64,000 bases of DNA from an uncultured Gammaproteobacteria bacterium (GCA_964583685.1 CAZOVJ010000001.1:132033-196032); one strand, 5' to 3'; positions 48,213 to 58,243 are shown, counted from the stretch's first letter. A program made the numbers and translations. The notes: generated by a model from the letters alone, not told the origin.

Positions 48213-50807
48213 ATGTGGAGGAATTATCGAAGACGACGAAGAATTCTGACCAGGCGGTCGTTGAGTACAAAATCGCTAAAAAGAACAAAACAGATTGCTG
48301 CCTTGGCAAAACTTTCTTTTATTGGTGTTATAGTTTTTTTTGTTCTTTTATTTATCGTCTTCCCCCTTCTTGCTTTTAATCTTCCTTCTCCTGACAAGAT
48401 TGTTAGAAGGGAGGGTTTTTCCACCAAGATTTTAGATAGGAATGGCCAAGTTTTATATGACATTTTTGTTGACCAAAAAAGAACTCCCATTGAACTTGAT
48501 GAAGTACCTCTTTATTTGAGGCAGGCAACCATTGCCATTGAGGATAAAAATTTTTATAAACATCAGGGATTTGACCCGACAGGAATTAGTCGGGCCCTTT
48601 TTAATATCGCTTTTCGGGGCAAGCTTCAGGGAGGTTCTACTTTGACCCAGCAGCTGGTCAAAAATGTTCTTTTGACGCCAGAAAGGACAGTTTTCAGGAA
48701 GATTAAGGAATTTATTTTGGCGATTCAAATCGAGCGTAAATATTCCAAAGATGAGATACTACAAATGTATTTGAATGAGGCACCTTATGGAAGTACGGCT
48801 TGGGGAGTGGCGGCGGCGGCTGAAACTTATTTTGGCAAGGAGGTTCAGGATTTGAATCTTGTTGAATCAGCCTTTTTGGCTGGTCTTCCTCAGAGACCGT
48901 CTGTCTATTCTCCTTATTCTTCAAATCCCAAGGCCTATATAGAGCGAACCCAGGGAGTCTTGAGACGGATGCGGGAGGATGATTATGTAACACGAGATGA
49001 GGAAAAGACAGCTAGAGAAGAGATTGAGAATTTGGAATTTCAGCCACGGGGAGCCGGTTTCAAGGCGCCCCATTTTGTCCAATATGTAAAGTCAATTTTG
49101 GAAGAACGCTATGGCGAGCGGGTTGTGGAACAGGGAGGTTTGCAGGTAACAACAACTCTTGACTTGGAATTACAAGAAGAGGCCCAGAAGATTGTCTCTG
49201 AGGAGATAGAGAAAGTTGAGTATTTACATATTACCAATGGCGCTGCCGTTATTCTTAATCCGGAAACCGGTGAAATTTTGGCCATGGTTGGCTCAAAAGA
49301 TTTTGATGACCCAGATTATGACGGTCAGGTGAACGTTACCCTGTCTCTGCGCCAGCCTGGTTCGGCTATCAAGCCGATAACTTATGTTACTGCTCTGAAG
49401 AAAGGGTATACTACCTCAACCCTGCTGATGGATGTTCCGACAACATTTCCCGGAGGCATTGGTCAGCCCGACTACCAGCCTGAGAATTATGATGCTAAAT
49501 TTCGCGGGCCAATGCAGGTTCGTTTTACCTTGGCCAATTCCATAAACCTGGCGGCCGTTAAAATGCTGGCCAAGGTGGGTATAAAAGATACTTTGCAAAC
49601 TGCCTACGATTTAGGAATTACTACTCTTGAGCCAACACAAGCAACTTTAAACCGGGTTGGGCTTTCCTTAACCCTGGGGGGCGGGGAAATCAGGCTTCTT
49701 GAACTGAGCAGTGCCTATTCTAGCTTTGTGAACAAAGGTTATCGCATTGAACCGACCACTATTTTAAAGATTGAAGACAGCAAAGGTAAAATCTTGGAAG
49801 AGAATAAACCCAAACATGGTCGCCGGGTGATTTCTCCTGAGCAAGCTTTTTTGATAGTTGACGTCTTATCTGACAATCAAGCTCGCTCAGAGATTTTTGG
49901 TCTAAGTTCTTATCTTAATGTTCCGGGTTGGCAGATTGCAGTGAAAACCGGGACAACTAATGACAGGCGCGACAACTGGACACTGGGTGGAAATTCAGAG
50001 GTTATAGTCGGAGTTTGGGTGGGAAACAATGATAATTCCCCCATGCGTCAGGTTGCCTCGGGAGTAACCGGCGCTTCTCCTATTTGGAGAAGAATAATTA
50101 TTGAGGCTTTGAAAGATAAACCCAAAAAGAGTTTTGAAGTGCCGGATGGTATTGTTACTGCAGCCGTTGACCTGGTTTCAGGCTATGCGGCCCACGACGG
50201 CTTTCCTTCGCGAATTGAATACTTTATCAAGGGAACCGAGCCTGGCGAGGACCCTGTCCATGTCAAATTGAAGATTTGTAAAACCGATGGCAAGCTGGCG
50301 ACGCCAGCCGATATTGCAGCTGGAAATTATGAAGAAAAGGAATTTTTCATCTTTAAAGAAGAAGACCCGACAGCCGGACCAGGAGGACATAACCGCTGGC
50401 AGGAGGGAATTTTGAATTGGCTATCTACTCAGTCTGATTCCCGCTACCATCCACCAACTGATTATTGCGGTACCAGTAATCCAGTCAATGTTGAATTTAT
50501 AAATCCTACAGATAGAACTTCTGATTTGCCCAATAAATTTACCATAGAGGTAAGAGTGGACTCAACCTCGGATATTGTTCAGGTGGAATTGGAAATTGAT
50601 GGCCAAAAAATCAGGACATTTATTGGTCCGCCTTTTAAGGAGGAAGTAGAATTTGAGGATGGAGTTCATCAATTACGAGCTAAGGCTAGAGACGAGCAAG
50701 GTAATGAATCGGATAGGAAGATAACTATTGGTGTTAACCTTGCCTGGGACTATACTGAACCAACTCCTACCCCCACTCATACACTCTCTCCTACCCCAAC
50801 CCCTTGA
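48213..50807 (+). CDS. Class A penicillin-binding protein (glycosyltransferase + transpeptidase) with C-terminal Ig-like extension and PT-rich tail
   Basis: GT51 motifs (EDKNFYKHQGFD, GGSTLTQQ), SxxK/SxN/KTG transpeptidase motifs, C-terminal TEPTPTPTHTLSPTPTP. Confidence 0.85.
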   Translation: MWRNYRRRRRILTRRSLSTKSLKRTKQIAALAKLSFIGVIVFFVLLFIVFPLLAFNLPSPDKIVRREGFSTKILDRNGQVLYDIFVDQKRTPIELDEVPLYLRQATIAIEDKNFYKHQGFDPTGISRALFNIAFRGKLQGGSTLTQQLVKNVLLTPERTVFRKIKEFILAIQIERKYSKDEILQMYLNEAPYGSTAWGVAAAAETYFGKEVQDLNLVESAFLAGLPQRPSVYSPYSSNPKAYIERTQGVLRRMREDDYVTRDEEKTAREEIENLEFQPRGAGFKAPHFVQYVKSILEERYGERVVEQGGLQVTTTLDLELQEEAQKIVSEEIEKVEYLHITNGAAVILNPETGEILAMVGSKDFDDPDYDGQVNVTLSLRQPGSAIKPITYVTALKKGYTTSTLLMDVPTTFPGGIGQPDYQPENYDAKFRGPMQVRFTLANSINLAAVKMLAKVGIKDTLQTAYDLGITTLEPTQATLNRVGLSLTLGGGEIRLLELSSAYSSFVNKGYRIEPTTILKIEDSKGKILEENKPKHGRRVISPEQAFLIVDVLSDNQARSEIFGLSSYLNVPGWQIAVKTGTTNDRRDNWTLGGNSEVIVGVWVGNNDNSPMRQVASGVTGASPIWRRIIIEALKDKPKKSFEVPDGIVTAAVDLVSGYAAHDGFPSRIEYFIKGTEPGEDPVHVKLKICKTDGKLATPADIAAGNYEEKEFFIFKEEDPTAGPGGHNRWQEGILNWLSTQSDSRYHPPTDYCGTSNPVNVEFINPTDRTSDLPNKFTIEVRVDSTSDIVQVELEIDGQKIRTFIGPPFKEEVEFEDGVHQLRAKARDEQGNESDRKITIGVNLAWDYTEPTPTPTHTLSPTPTP

Positions 50808-50844
50808 CACTATGTTATAATCTCTCTCAACCTGCCTAAGAGCA

Positions 50845-51486
50845 ATGGATACAGAGCGGGAAACAGAAGAGAGAAAAAGACCAAATCGAGTAATGATGAT
50901 TGTTTATTATCAGGACGAGAGCCAAGTTCTTAGGCCAGTTTTTATTAATAGAATTGCCAGTAGAGATAGAATTTCTCAGGCCATTTTTGACGAAAGGGGA
51001 AGAACCCAATCAAAAATTTTAGAACTTAGAGAGAAAAGGAGAAGACCAAAAAAAACTGACAGGCATGGTAACCCATTGTCTAGTAGAAGACTAAAAGATA
51101 TCAAAAGTGATTTAACAACTCAGATCCATCGGTTATCAGATGTGGAAGCAGCATTGGATGGTAGGATTTTTCAACCAATTGAACTAATAAGGAAAGGGAG
51201 CAAAATAATTGGATGTAGAATTGGAAGATGCTCCGAAGATCTGTATGACTGGTGGAGGTTTGTTAGAGGAAACCAGGGTCTTATTGATTTGCTAGAATCG
51301 AAGTCAGCAGATTACCATACAGCAAAAAGGGTATTTTTGCTTCAGTACAGAAGGAGACAGGGTAGTCCTTCTGAGCGAAACAGGACTTTTAAAGAACTTC
51401 GTGATTTTGTAGATGAAAAATTTGGAGATGATGAAGTTCTACCCGATTATATTCAAGACATTACCAGGTTCTTTGATAAGAGTTAA
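50845..51486 (+). CDS. Hypothetical basic protein (213 aa)
   Basis: ORF only. Arg/Lys-rich, no recognisable motif. Confidence 0.35.
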   Translation: MDTERETEERKRPNRVMMIVYYQDESQVLRPVFINRIASRDRISQAIFDERGRTQSKILELREKRRRPKKTDRHGNPLSSRRLKDIKSDLTTQIHRLSDVEAALDGRIFQPIELIRKGSKIIGCRIGRCSEDLYDWWRFVRGNQGLIDLLESKSADYHTAKRVFLLQYRRRQGSPSERNRTFKELRDFVDEKFGDDEVLPDYIQDITRFFDKS

Positions 51487-53432
51487 TTCTTAACTATTCC
51501 CCCGAATTTTTTCTTAACCTTGTTTAATAATTTATTTCTAATTCTTTTAACTTCTTCGTTGGTTAAAGTTTTTGCTGGATGTTGATAGCAAACTCGGAAA
51601 GTATAAGCATCTTTGTAGATGTCTTTGAGTTCAACTTGAGATATTAAGGCAACTGATTCCATAGAAACAATAACATCTCCAATTTTTGTTCTTAAAGGAA
51701 GCTTGAAAGTAATATCTTCTATTTGGCTAGGATATTTTGGGAGAGGTTTATAGGAAGTTATGGCTGAGCTTGTGTTTCTTAGCCTTTCTAGATCAAAGTC
51801 ATAATAAATATAATCATTCTCCAGAATTCCAAATTGTCCAAGAACCTCTTTGCCTGATTTAATGGTTAGCCTGTGGCTAGGAAGAAAGTTGGCCGTGTCT
51901 TGAGCTTCAAAACAGGCTTTAATATTAAGCCTTTTTAGTAAGACTTCTATTATACCTTTTCCCTCTCTATATTGAAAATTGGCAAAAAGGCCGGCAAGAC
52001 ATAGCTTTTCTTCAGGCAGCTGGCCTTTTCGCTTTAAATAGACATTGGCCATTTCAAACAAGTGGAAAGGGTCTTTTTCACCAGAATTTTGATTTGCCGC
52101 CTCAACCAAAGAAGGCATTAATCTTGTTCTTAAATATTGAGACTCCAGTCCTAAAGGATTTTTTAATTTTAGTGCCTTTTTGTCAACAAATTTTTTTGGA
52201 ACCATTGATGAAGTATAGATTTCAGTTGCTCCCCAGCCGACAAGTAAATTTTTTACTTTTGTCTCAAAGCCAAAGGGCGCATTGGTTAAAGGATCAGGGA
52301 TGACCCCTGCCATTAATTTGCTTGGTAATTTGTGATAGCCATAAAGCCGAGCTATCTCCTCAACTATATTCTCGGGAAGATTAATGTCATTAGCCCTAAA
52401 AGAAGGAATTTGAATAGTTAAAGTGTTCCCATTCCATCTCGGTTCAAAGCCTAGTGAGCGCAGAATTTGAGAAATACTAAGTTTTGATATTTGAATACCC
52501 AGTTTTTTATTAAGAAATATTTCAGTCGTTTTTATTGATTTGGCTTTATAGGGATGGGGATAGAGGTCAAGTACTTTTGGTTCAGCTTTTCCAGCCAATA
52601 ATTTTTCAAAGAGGTCAATCCCTCGCCTGATCGCAAGAGTCACTAATTCTGGATCAAGTCCTTTTTCAAAAAGAGTGGCGGCCTCAGTTCTTTGGGCCAA
52701 GGTCATTGAGGTTTTCCGGATATTGACGGGGTTGTATGTTTGGACGAAAAGAAGAACATTGTTTGTGTTTTTATCAACTTGGGAATTTTTGGCCCCCATG
52801 ATGCCCGCCAGATCTATTAATTGTCCTGAAGCATCTTCGATGACAATGTCGCCTCCGGGAAGAATTTGTTTTTTAGCGTCTAAGGTGGTTAATATCTCTC
52901 CTTTTTTGCTTGCTCTAAGAAGCATTTTTGAGCCTTTAATTTTGTCGTAATCAAAAGTATGTACCGGCTGTCCAAGTTCATGCATGATATAGTTTGAGAT
53001 ATCGACAACGTTATTTATCGGCCGCACCCCGACTGCTTGAAGCCTTTCTTTAATATCTTGGGGAGACTCTTTTATCTTTATTTCTTTGATTAAAACGGCT
53101 GTGAATCTCGAACAAAGGCTTTGATCGACTTCGGCTTTTAGGTAGTCAACCTTTTTGACAAATTTCGGCTTGGCTTTGGTTTTAGGGGCTATCAGTTTGG
53201 TTTTAATACCAAATCTGGGTAAAATTGCCGCCGCTTCTCGGGCAATTCCGTAGACGCTAATCGCGTCCACCCTGTTTGTCGTCACTTCAATCGAATAAAC
53301 AGTTTGTTTACCAATTTTTTCAACTTTGTTTACAGAAGGTCCGGATAACGAAAGGTACTTGGCAATTTGTTTGGGCTTGGCTTTGGTTTTTAAAAAATCT
53401 CTGAGCCAAATATCGGGTATGAGAATTTCCAT
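51483..53432 (-). CDS. pheT: Phenylalanyl-tRNA synthetase beta subunit (short form, no N-terminal tRNA-binding domain)
   Basis: B3/B4, B5 and class II-like catalytic-fold domains. Follows pheS with a 1-nt gap. Confidence 0.85.
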   Translation of the reverse strand: MEILIPDIWLRDFLKTKAKPKQIAKYLSLSGPSVNKVEKIGKQTVYSIEVTTNRVDAISVYGIAREAAAILPRFGIKTKLIAPKTKAKPKFVKKVDYLKAEVDQSLCSRFTAVLIKEIKIKESPQDIKERLQAVGVRPINNVVDISNYIMHELGQPVHTFDYDKIKGSKMLLRASKKGEILTTLDAKKQILPGGDIVIEDASGQLIDLAGIMGAKNSQVDKNTNNVLLFVQTYNPVNIRKTSMTLAQRTEAATLFEKGLDPELVTLAIRRGIDLFEKLLAGKAEPKVLDLYPHPYKAKSIKTTEIFLNKKLGIQISKLSISQILRSLGFEPRWNGNTLTIQIPSFRANDINLPENIVEEIARLYGYHKLPSKLMAGVIPDPLTNAPFGFETKVKNLLVGWGATEIYTSSMVPKKFVDKKALKLKNPLGLESQYLRTRLMPSLVEAANQNSGEKDPFHLFEMANVYLKRKGQLPEEKLCLAGLFANFQYREGKGIIEVLLKRLNIKACFEAQDTANFLPSHRLTIKSGKEVLGQFGILENDYIYYDFDLERLRNTSSAITSYKPLPKYPSQIEDITFKLPLRTKIGDVIVSMESVALISQVELKDIYKDAYTFRVCYQHPAKTLTNEEVKRIRNKLLNKVKKKFGGIVKN

Positions 53433-53433
53433 T

Positions 53434-54480
53434 TTAAAATTGTTTTAAGAACTTAAGATTTGAGCTGTATAAAAGTCTAATATCTGGTATTTTAAGCCCG
53501 GACCTCATCATATAAGTTCGCTCAACTCCCCAACCGAAGGCAAAGCCGGTGTATTTTTTAGGATCAACTCCACCGTTTTTCAGAACAGCCGGATGAACCA
53601 TACCTGCACCACCTAGCTCAAGCCAGCCCTCTCTGCATAATTTGCAAGCCTGGCCATTCGCTAGGCGGCCCTTACCTTGACAAATGTCGCAGCTGACATC
53701 GACCTCAAAAGACGGCTCAGTAAAAGGAAAGTTGTATGGTCTTAGTCTTGTTTTTCTTTTAGGGCCAAAAAAATTCCGAGCGAAATAATCCAGAGTTCCT
53801 TTGAGATGAACAATGGAGATATCTTTGTCAATGACCAATCCATCGAATTGGTGGAACATCGGGAAATGGGATACATCTAGTTGCCTTCGATAGCACTTGG
53901 CAATATTAATCATTCTTATTGGTAATGATGACACTCGCCGCATTTCTCGGATATCACCAGAGGTTGTATGGGGCGTTAAGAGCATTGGTCCATACTTGGG
54001 ATGCTCTGGTGTATCCAAAATAAAAGTTTCCCATTCATCTCTTGCCGGATGCCACTTGCCGAAATTCAAAGATCCAAAGGTAAACCAATCCCATTCGACT
54101 TCTGGATAGCGAACGCGGACAAAACCAATTTTTTCAAAGACGTTCGAAATCTCCTCGATTGCTTGGCTTATTAGATGAAGGTGTCCTTGGGCTGGTCTAT
54201 TGCCGGGAATAGTTGGGTCAAACCATTGACGACTAGTCTGTTTAAGCTTGTTTTTTTGGGAACTAATTAAATTTTGCAGGGTGCTTTTTGTTTCATTAAT
54301 CAGAAGTCCGATTTGTTTTTTTTCCTCAGAGTTCAGATTTTTTATTTTTTTAATCAGTTTTGTTAATTTCCCGTTTCTTCCCAGATAGGCAAGGCGCAGT
54401 CTTTCAAGTTCAGATAGAGAGCTAGTCTCCATAATCTGGCTGATGCCCTCGTTTTTAATGTTAATTATTTCCTCTCTCAT
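53434..54480 (-). CDS. pheS: Phenylalanyl-tRNA synthetase alpha subunit
   Basis: Class II motifs (FPFTEPSFEVD, GWLELGGAGMVHP, GFAFGWGVER). Confidence 0.9.
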   Translation of the reverse strand: MREEIINIKNEGISQIMETSSLSELERLRLAYLGRNGKLTKLIKKIKNLNSEEKKQIGLLINETKSTLQNLISSQKNKLKQTSRQWFDPTIPGNRPAQGHLHLISQAIEEISNVFEKIGFVRVRYPEVEWDWFTFGSLNFGKWHPARDEWETFILDTPEHPKYGPMLLTPHTTSGDIREMRRVSSLPIRMINIAKCYRRQLDVSHFPMFHQFDGLVIDKDISIVHLKGTLDYFARNFFGPKRKTRLRPYNFPFTEPSFEVDVSCDICQGKGRLANGQACKLCREGWLELGGAGMVHPAVLKNGGVDPKKYTGFAFGWGVERTYMMRSGLKIPDIRLLYSSNLKFLKQF

Positions 54481-54516
54481 AATAATCTTACTTTATTTTA
54501 TACCAAAGGTGATCAT

Positions 54517-54540
54517 TAAAAAACCTCCCTTTCGGGAGGT
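54517..54540 (-). terminator. Attenuator terminator upstream of pheS
   Basis: Minus strand CCTCCCGAAAGGGAGG followed by TTTTTTAAT. It is part of the leader described next. Confidence 0.55.
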
Positions 54541-54573
54541 AAATTTTCCCAATTCAGTAACTTTACCTCCCGC

Positions 54574-54630
54574 TTAGGTTGAGGTAAAGTTAAAGAAAAC
54601 AATTTTTGATTTCGATTGCATTAAAGGCAT
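54574..54630 (-). CDS. pheST leader peptide (pheM-like), 18 aa, Phe-rich
   Basis: Minus-strand ATG CCT TTA ATG CAA TCG AAA TCA AAA ATT GTT TTC TTT AAC TTT ACC TCA ACC TAA encodes MPLMQSKSKIVFFNFTST. The Phe codons and stop overlap segment 1 of a 1:2 / 2:3 / 3:4 alternative-hairpin attenuator. Confidence 0.55.
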   Translation of the reverse strand: MPLMQSKSKIVFFNFTST

Positions 54631-54640
54631 TATAAAAGTA

Positions 54641-54979
54641 TTACTTAATACTGTCAACAATTTTTTCAAAAGTGTCAGGATCAGTAATGGCAATATCGGA
54701 TAGGATTTTTCTGTCAATTTCGATTTTTGCTTTTTTAAGGCCGGATATTAGTTGGCTATAGGTAAGTTCATATTTCCGGGCAGCTGCATTTAGTCTAATT
54801 ATCCACAAACGTCTTAAATCTCTTTTTCTCAACCTTCGGCCGATATAGGCATATTGTCCTGCGTGGAGTAAGGCTTCTTTGGCTGTTTTTATTCGTTTTC
54901 TTCGGGCTTGTTTGAAACCCTTGGCCGCTTTTTTAATTTTTCTGTGGCGTTTTGCCGCAATACTTTTGGTTCTTGGCAT
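54641..54979 (-). CDS. rplT: 50S ribosomal protein L20
   Basis: [22 protein letters not shown]. Confidence 0.9.
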   Translation of the reverse strand: MPRTKSIAAKRHRKIKKAAKGFKQARRKRIKTAKEALLHAGQYAYIGRRLRKRDLRRLWIIRLNAAARKYELTYSQLISGLKKAKIEIDRKILSDIAITDPDTFEKIVDSIK

Positions 54980-55185
54980 TATCTACTTCTCCTTACCCCC
55001 AAAGCTTTTCTCAGTTTTTTGCCATAAAATCCTTGAACCTCAACCGGTCTTTTTAAGTTTCTTATTTTCTTTCTTGATTTTTTAGCCTTCAGGTGGCTAC
55101 TGAAAGAGCGTTGTCTTAAAATCTTACCGGTTTTGGTAATTTTAAATCTTTTTGTTGCTGATTTTCTAGTTTTTTGCTTTGGCAT
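54979..55185 (-). CDS. rpmI: 50S ribosomal protein L35
   Basis: [21 protein letters not shown]. Confidence 0.85.
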   Translation of the reverse strand: MPKQKTRKSATKRFKITKTGKILRQRSFSSHLKAKKSRKKIRNLKRPVEVQGFYGKKLRKALGVRRSR

Positions 55186-55726
55186 CTGTTTCTACTTTCT
55201 TTTTTGTTTTGCCCCTGGGCGAGATAATCATGACTAAGTGTCTTCCCAGAAACTTTGGTTTCATATCTATTGAAACTCTATCTCCCAATTCTTCCAAAAT
55301 CCTTTGTAAAAGATTATAGCCAAACTGTTTACTTCTCATCTGTCTTCCCTTAAATTTGACTACAATTCTAATTTTATTTTTTTCCTCAAGAAATTCTTTT
55401 ATCCGGCTAAGTCGTGTGTCGTAATCGTTCTCGGCTATAAAAGGTGAAAAGCGAACCTCTTTTAGTTCGCCAGTCTTAGACTTTTTCTGTTCTGATCGAA
55501 GCTTCTTTTGCTCTTGATAGCGCAATTTACCCAAATTAATTATTCTGGCAACCGGCGGTTTTGCCTTGGATGCAACCTCAACCAGATCGAGATTTAGTTT
55601 TTTTGCTTTGGCAATCGCTTCATCTCGAGCGATTACACCTATCTGCTTACCGTCAATCCCTATTACTCGGACTTCAGGCGCTTGTATATTTTCATTTACC
55701 CGCCAAAAAAGCTTTTTCTTTCTCAA
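55166..55726 (-). CDS. infC: Translation initiation factor IF-3 (TTG start)
   Basis: [14 protein letters not shown] and IF3 N- and C-domains. The codon at 55726 is TTG. Atypical IF3 start codons are the rule. Confidence 0.8.
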   Translation of the reverse strand: MRKKKLFWRVNENIQAPEVRVIGIDGKQIGVIARDEAIAKAKKLNLDLVEVASKAKPPVARIINLGKLRYQEQKKLRSEQKKSKTGELKEVRFSPFIAENDYDTRLSRIKEFLEEKNKIRIVVKFKGRQMRSKQFGYNLLQRILEELGDRVSIDMKPKFLGRHLVMIISPRGKTKKKVETDAKAKN

Positions 55727-55773
55727 CTTCTGTTTAAGATTTTAGCAGATTTAAACTCAAAGGGCAAAGTCAT

Positions 55774-57540
55774 TTAAAGATCTAGGGATTTTGTTTTAAT
55801 TTTTTCTAGAGTAGTCCTGATAAATTTATCTATATCTATCAGACCCAGATCTTTTTCACTTCTTAGGCGCAAGGAGGCTTTTTTAGATTGTTCTTCCTTG
55901 TCTCCGACAATTAACATGTAGGCTACTTTTTCTAGTTGGGCATCACGGATTTTTGCTGCCAGAGTTTCATTTCGGTCATCAACCTCAACTCGGATGTTTT
56001 CTCTTTTTAGTTTATCGGCCAGAGAATTTGCATATTCAATGTTGCGTTCAGTAATAGGAAGAATTTTAACTTGTACAGGAGTGAACCAGAGAGGAAAAGC
56101 GCCAGCATAGTGTTCAATTAAAAAGGCGATTACCCGTTCAAGGGCACCAATTGATGAGCGGTGAATAACTACTGGCTCTTTCTCTTTTCCATCACGGTCA
56201 ATGTACTTCAAGTTGAAACGCTTGGGCATAACAAAATCATATTGAACAGTAAAGGCAGTTTCTTCCTTTCCCAGGACATTTTTTATCTGAACATCAATTT
56301 TTGGGCCATAAAAGGCAGCTTCACCTTCAGCTTCAAAAAAAGGACATTTATGCTTTTTGAGAGATTTTTCTAAAATCTCTTCAGCAAAATCCCAGGCAGC
56401 ATCGTTCTTGTAGAATTTTTTATTATCAGCCCGATCCCCTTTGGAGAGGCGATATAGGAAGTCTTTTTCAGGTTTTAAGCCTAAGACCTTGGCAATATAT
56501 TCTATAAGATTAAGAACACTATCAATTTCAGCTTCTGCCTGGTCTTTGCGGCAGATAATATGAGCATCAGCCAGAGAGAAAAGACGCACGCGAATCAAGC
56601 CACTAAGCTCACCAGATTTTTCATAGCGATATTGATTGGCCAGTTCGGCAATTCTTATTGGCAGTTCCCGATAACTTCGGGGTCGGCTGGCGTAAAGCTG
56701 GAAGTGGTGAGGACAGGTCATTGGACGAAGGATTAGTCGTTCTTCGTCAACTTGCATGACCGGGTACATTGAATCTTTGTAGTATGGATAATGGCCTGAT
56801 TTTTCGTAAAGTTCAACTTTGGCAATATCGGGTGTATAAACATGGTCATAGCCTCTTTTAATTTCTTCGTCAACAATAAATCTCTCCAATTCCCGACGAA
56901 TTACGGCCCCTTTTTTAGTAAAAAGAGGCAAACCTTTTCCTACAAGGTCCGAAAAGACAAATAAGTCAAGCTCTTTGCCCAGTTTTCGGTGATCTCTTTT
57001 TTTAGCTTCTTCAAGTTGTTTTAAGTATTCATCAAGCTCCTTTTTATTGGCAAAACAAGTTCCATAGATTCTGGTCAACATTTTATTTTTTTCATCACCG
57101 TGCCAATAGGCTCCGGCTACTGAAAGAAGCTTAAAAGGCCCAATTTCTCCGGTTGATTTAAGATGCGGGCCCTTGCAAAGATCAACAAATTCATCTCCGG
57201 TCCAATAAACACTTGCTTTTTCTTTTCTTTTTTCTACCTCGTCTAACCATTCTTGCTTATATTCATTGTCCTTGAATAATTTTCGAGCCTCTTTAAGAGA
57301 AATAAATTTTTTCTTGAAAAGAAGATTTTTTTGGATAATCTTTTTCATCTCAGCCTCTATTTTGGGAAAAGCATCCTCACTGATTTTACCTCGATAATCA
57401 AAGTCAAAATAAAACCCATCCTCAGTTGCTGGCCCCATGGCCATTTTTAAACCCGGATAGAGTTTAAGCATTGTCTGAGTCAGGATATGCTCAGCGCTAT
57501 GACGCATGGTCAAAAGCTTTATTTTTTTTCTATCTGGCAT
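55774..57540 (-). CDS. thrS: Threonyl-tRNA synthetase (short form, no TGS domain)
   Basis: Class II catalytic core and anticodon-binding domain. The start was moved to the ATG at 57540 (MPDRKK...). The ORF-track extension to 57609 would read through the tRNA-Ala gene. Confidence 0.85.
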   Translation of the reverse strand: MPDRKKIKLLTMRHSAEHILTQTMLKLYPGLKMAMGPATEDGFYFDFDYRGKISEDAFPKIEAEMKKIIQKNLLFKKKFISLKEARKLFKDNEYKQEWLDEVEKRKEKASVYWTGDEFVDLCKGPHLKSTGEIGPFKLLSVAGAYWHGDEKNKMLTRIYGTCFANKKELDEYLKQLEEAKKRDHRKLGKELDLFVFSDLVGKGLPLFTKKGAVIRRELERFIVDEEIKRGYDHVYTPDIAKVELYEKSGHYPYYKDSMYPVMQVDEERLILRPMTCPHHFQLYASRPRSYRELPIRIAELANQYRYEKSGELSGLIRVRLFSLADAHIICRKDQAEAEIDSVLNLIEYIAKVLGLKPEKDFLYRLSKGDRADNKKFYKNDAAWDFAEEILEKSLKKHKCPFFEAEGEAAFYGPKIDVQIKNVLGKEETAFTVQYDFVMPKRFNLKYIDRDGKEKEPVVIHRSSIGALERVIAFLIEHYAGAFPLWFTPVQVKILPITERNIEYANSLADKLKRENIRVEVDDRNETLAAKIRDAQLEKVAYMLIVGDKEEQSKKASLRLRSEKDLGLIDIDKFIRTTLEKIKTKSLDL

Positions 57541-57541
57541 G

Positions 57542-57615
57542 TGGACCCGAGGGGATTCGAACCCCTGACCTTCCCGATGCCATCGGGACGCGCTAACCAA
57601 CTGCGCCACGGGCCC
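57542..57615 (-). tRNA. tRNA-Ala(GGC)
   Basis: GGGCCCGTGGCGCAGTTGGTTAGCGCGTCCCGATGGCATCGGGAAGGTCAGGGGTTCGAATCCCCTCGGGTCCA has a G3:U70 identity pair and anticodon loop ATGGCAT. CCA is not encoded. Confidence 0.85.
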
Positions 57616-57634
57616 TTATTTTTGGTGAGCATTT

Positions 57635-58243
57635 TTAAAATTTTTCAATTATTATTTTCTCCTTTATTTGCTCCGTTATCGATGGTCTATTTTTTTCTTT
57701 TGGTGAAATTCTTCCGGAAGCAACCATAGATTCAATGTCCACCGATCGATCTTTGAGAGGCCCATACACTTCTAATCCTTTAGGGCCTCTTTTGTAGGGT
57801 ATACCCTTTTTAGTAAGATCTCCAGCTAAATCGTCAACTATGTCAGGGGGTAAATTATAAATAGTAACCAAATTAACACCTATACCTAACTGCTCAAGAC
57901 GGGCTCTGGCATCTTCTAGTGCTGTACGAAGTTCCGAATTTGCATCTTCTGGTCGTACAGAAGCTGTTTGGCTCCGAGATATTAAATCGACGTCCCTTAG
58001 TGCTTGGGGACTCAATTCAATTCCACTGAGGTTAACATACCTAGCATTTTGAGATAATTCGGCTAACTCATTAGGGTTTAATCTAACTGTGCTGGTTTGT
58101 TTGGAACTTTTTTTTACTTCCATTTTATTATTTAAAAGTGACAGGATCGTATTATATCTTGATATAACTATACCACCCTGATTTAATCGGACCACCCTAG
58201 TCTCGTCCAGAGGACGATCAGCCTCTGGCTGAAACTGTGCCAC
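57635..58243 (-). CDS. Hypothetical protein (162-202 aa) within the tRNA-flanked islet
   Basis: ORF. The 58243 start is GTG and lies inside the duplicated tRNA-Ala 5' fragment. The first ATG (MEVKKSS...) is at 58123. GC-richer than the neighbourhood. No motif recognised. Confidence 0.4.
   Translation of the reverse strand: MAQFQPEADRPLDETRVVRLNQGGIVISRYNTILSLLNNKMEVKKSSKQTSTVRLNPNELAELSQNARYVNLSGIELSPQALRDVDLISRSQTASVRPEDANSELRTALEDARARLEQLGIGVNLVTIYNLPPDIVDDLAGDLTKKGIPYKRGPKGLEVYGPLKDRSVDIESMVASGRISPKEKNRPSITEQIKEKIIIEKF

Noticed and set aside
54481-54640. T-box riboswitch upstream of pheS, thrS or tyrS
   Set aside because: No T-box consensus (AATTAGGGTGGTACCGCG-like) or specifier-loop architecture was seen. 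The pheS leader fits a leader-peptide attenuator better.
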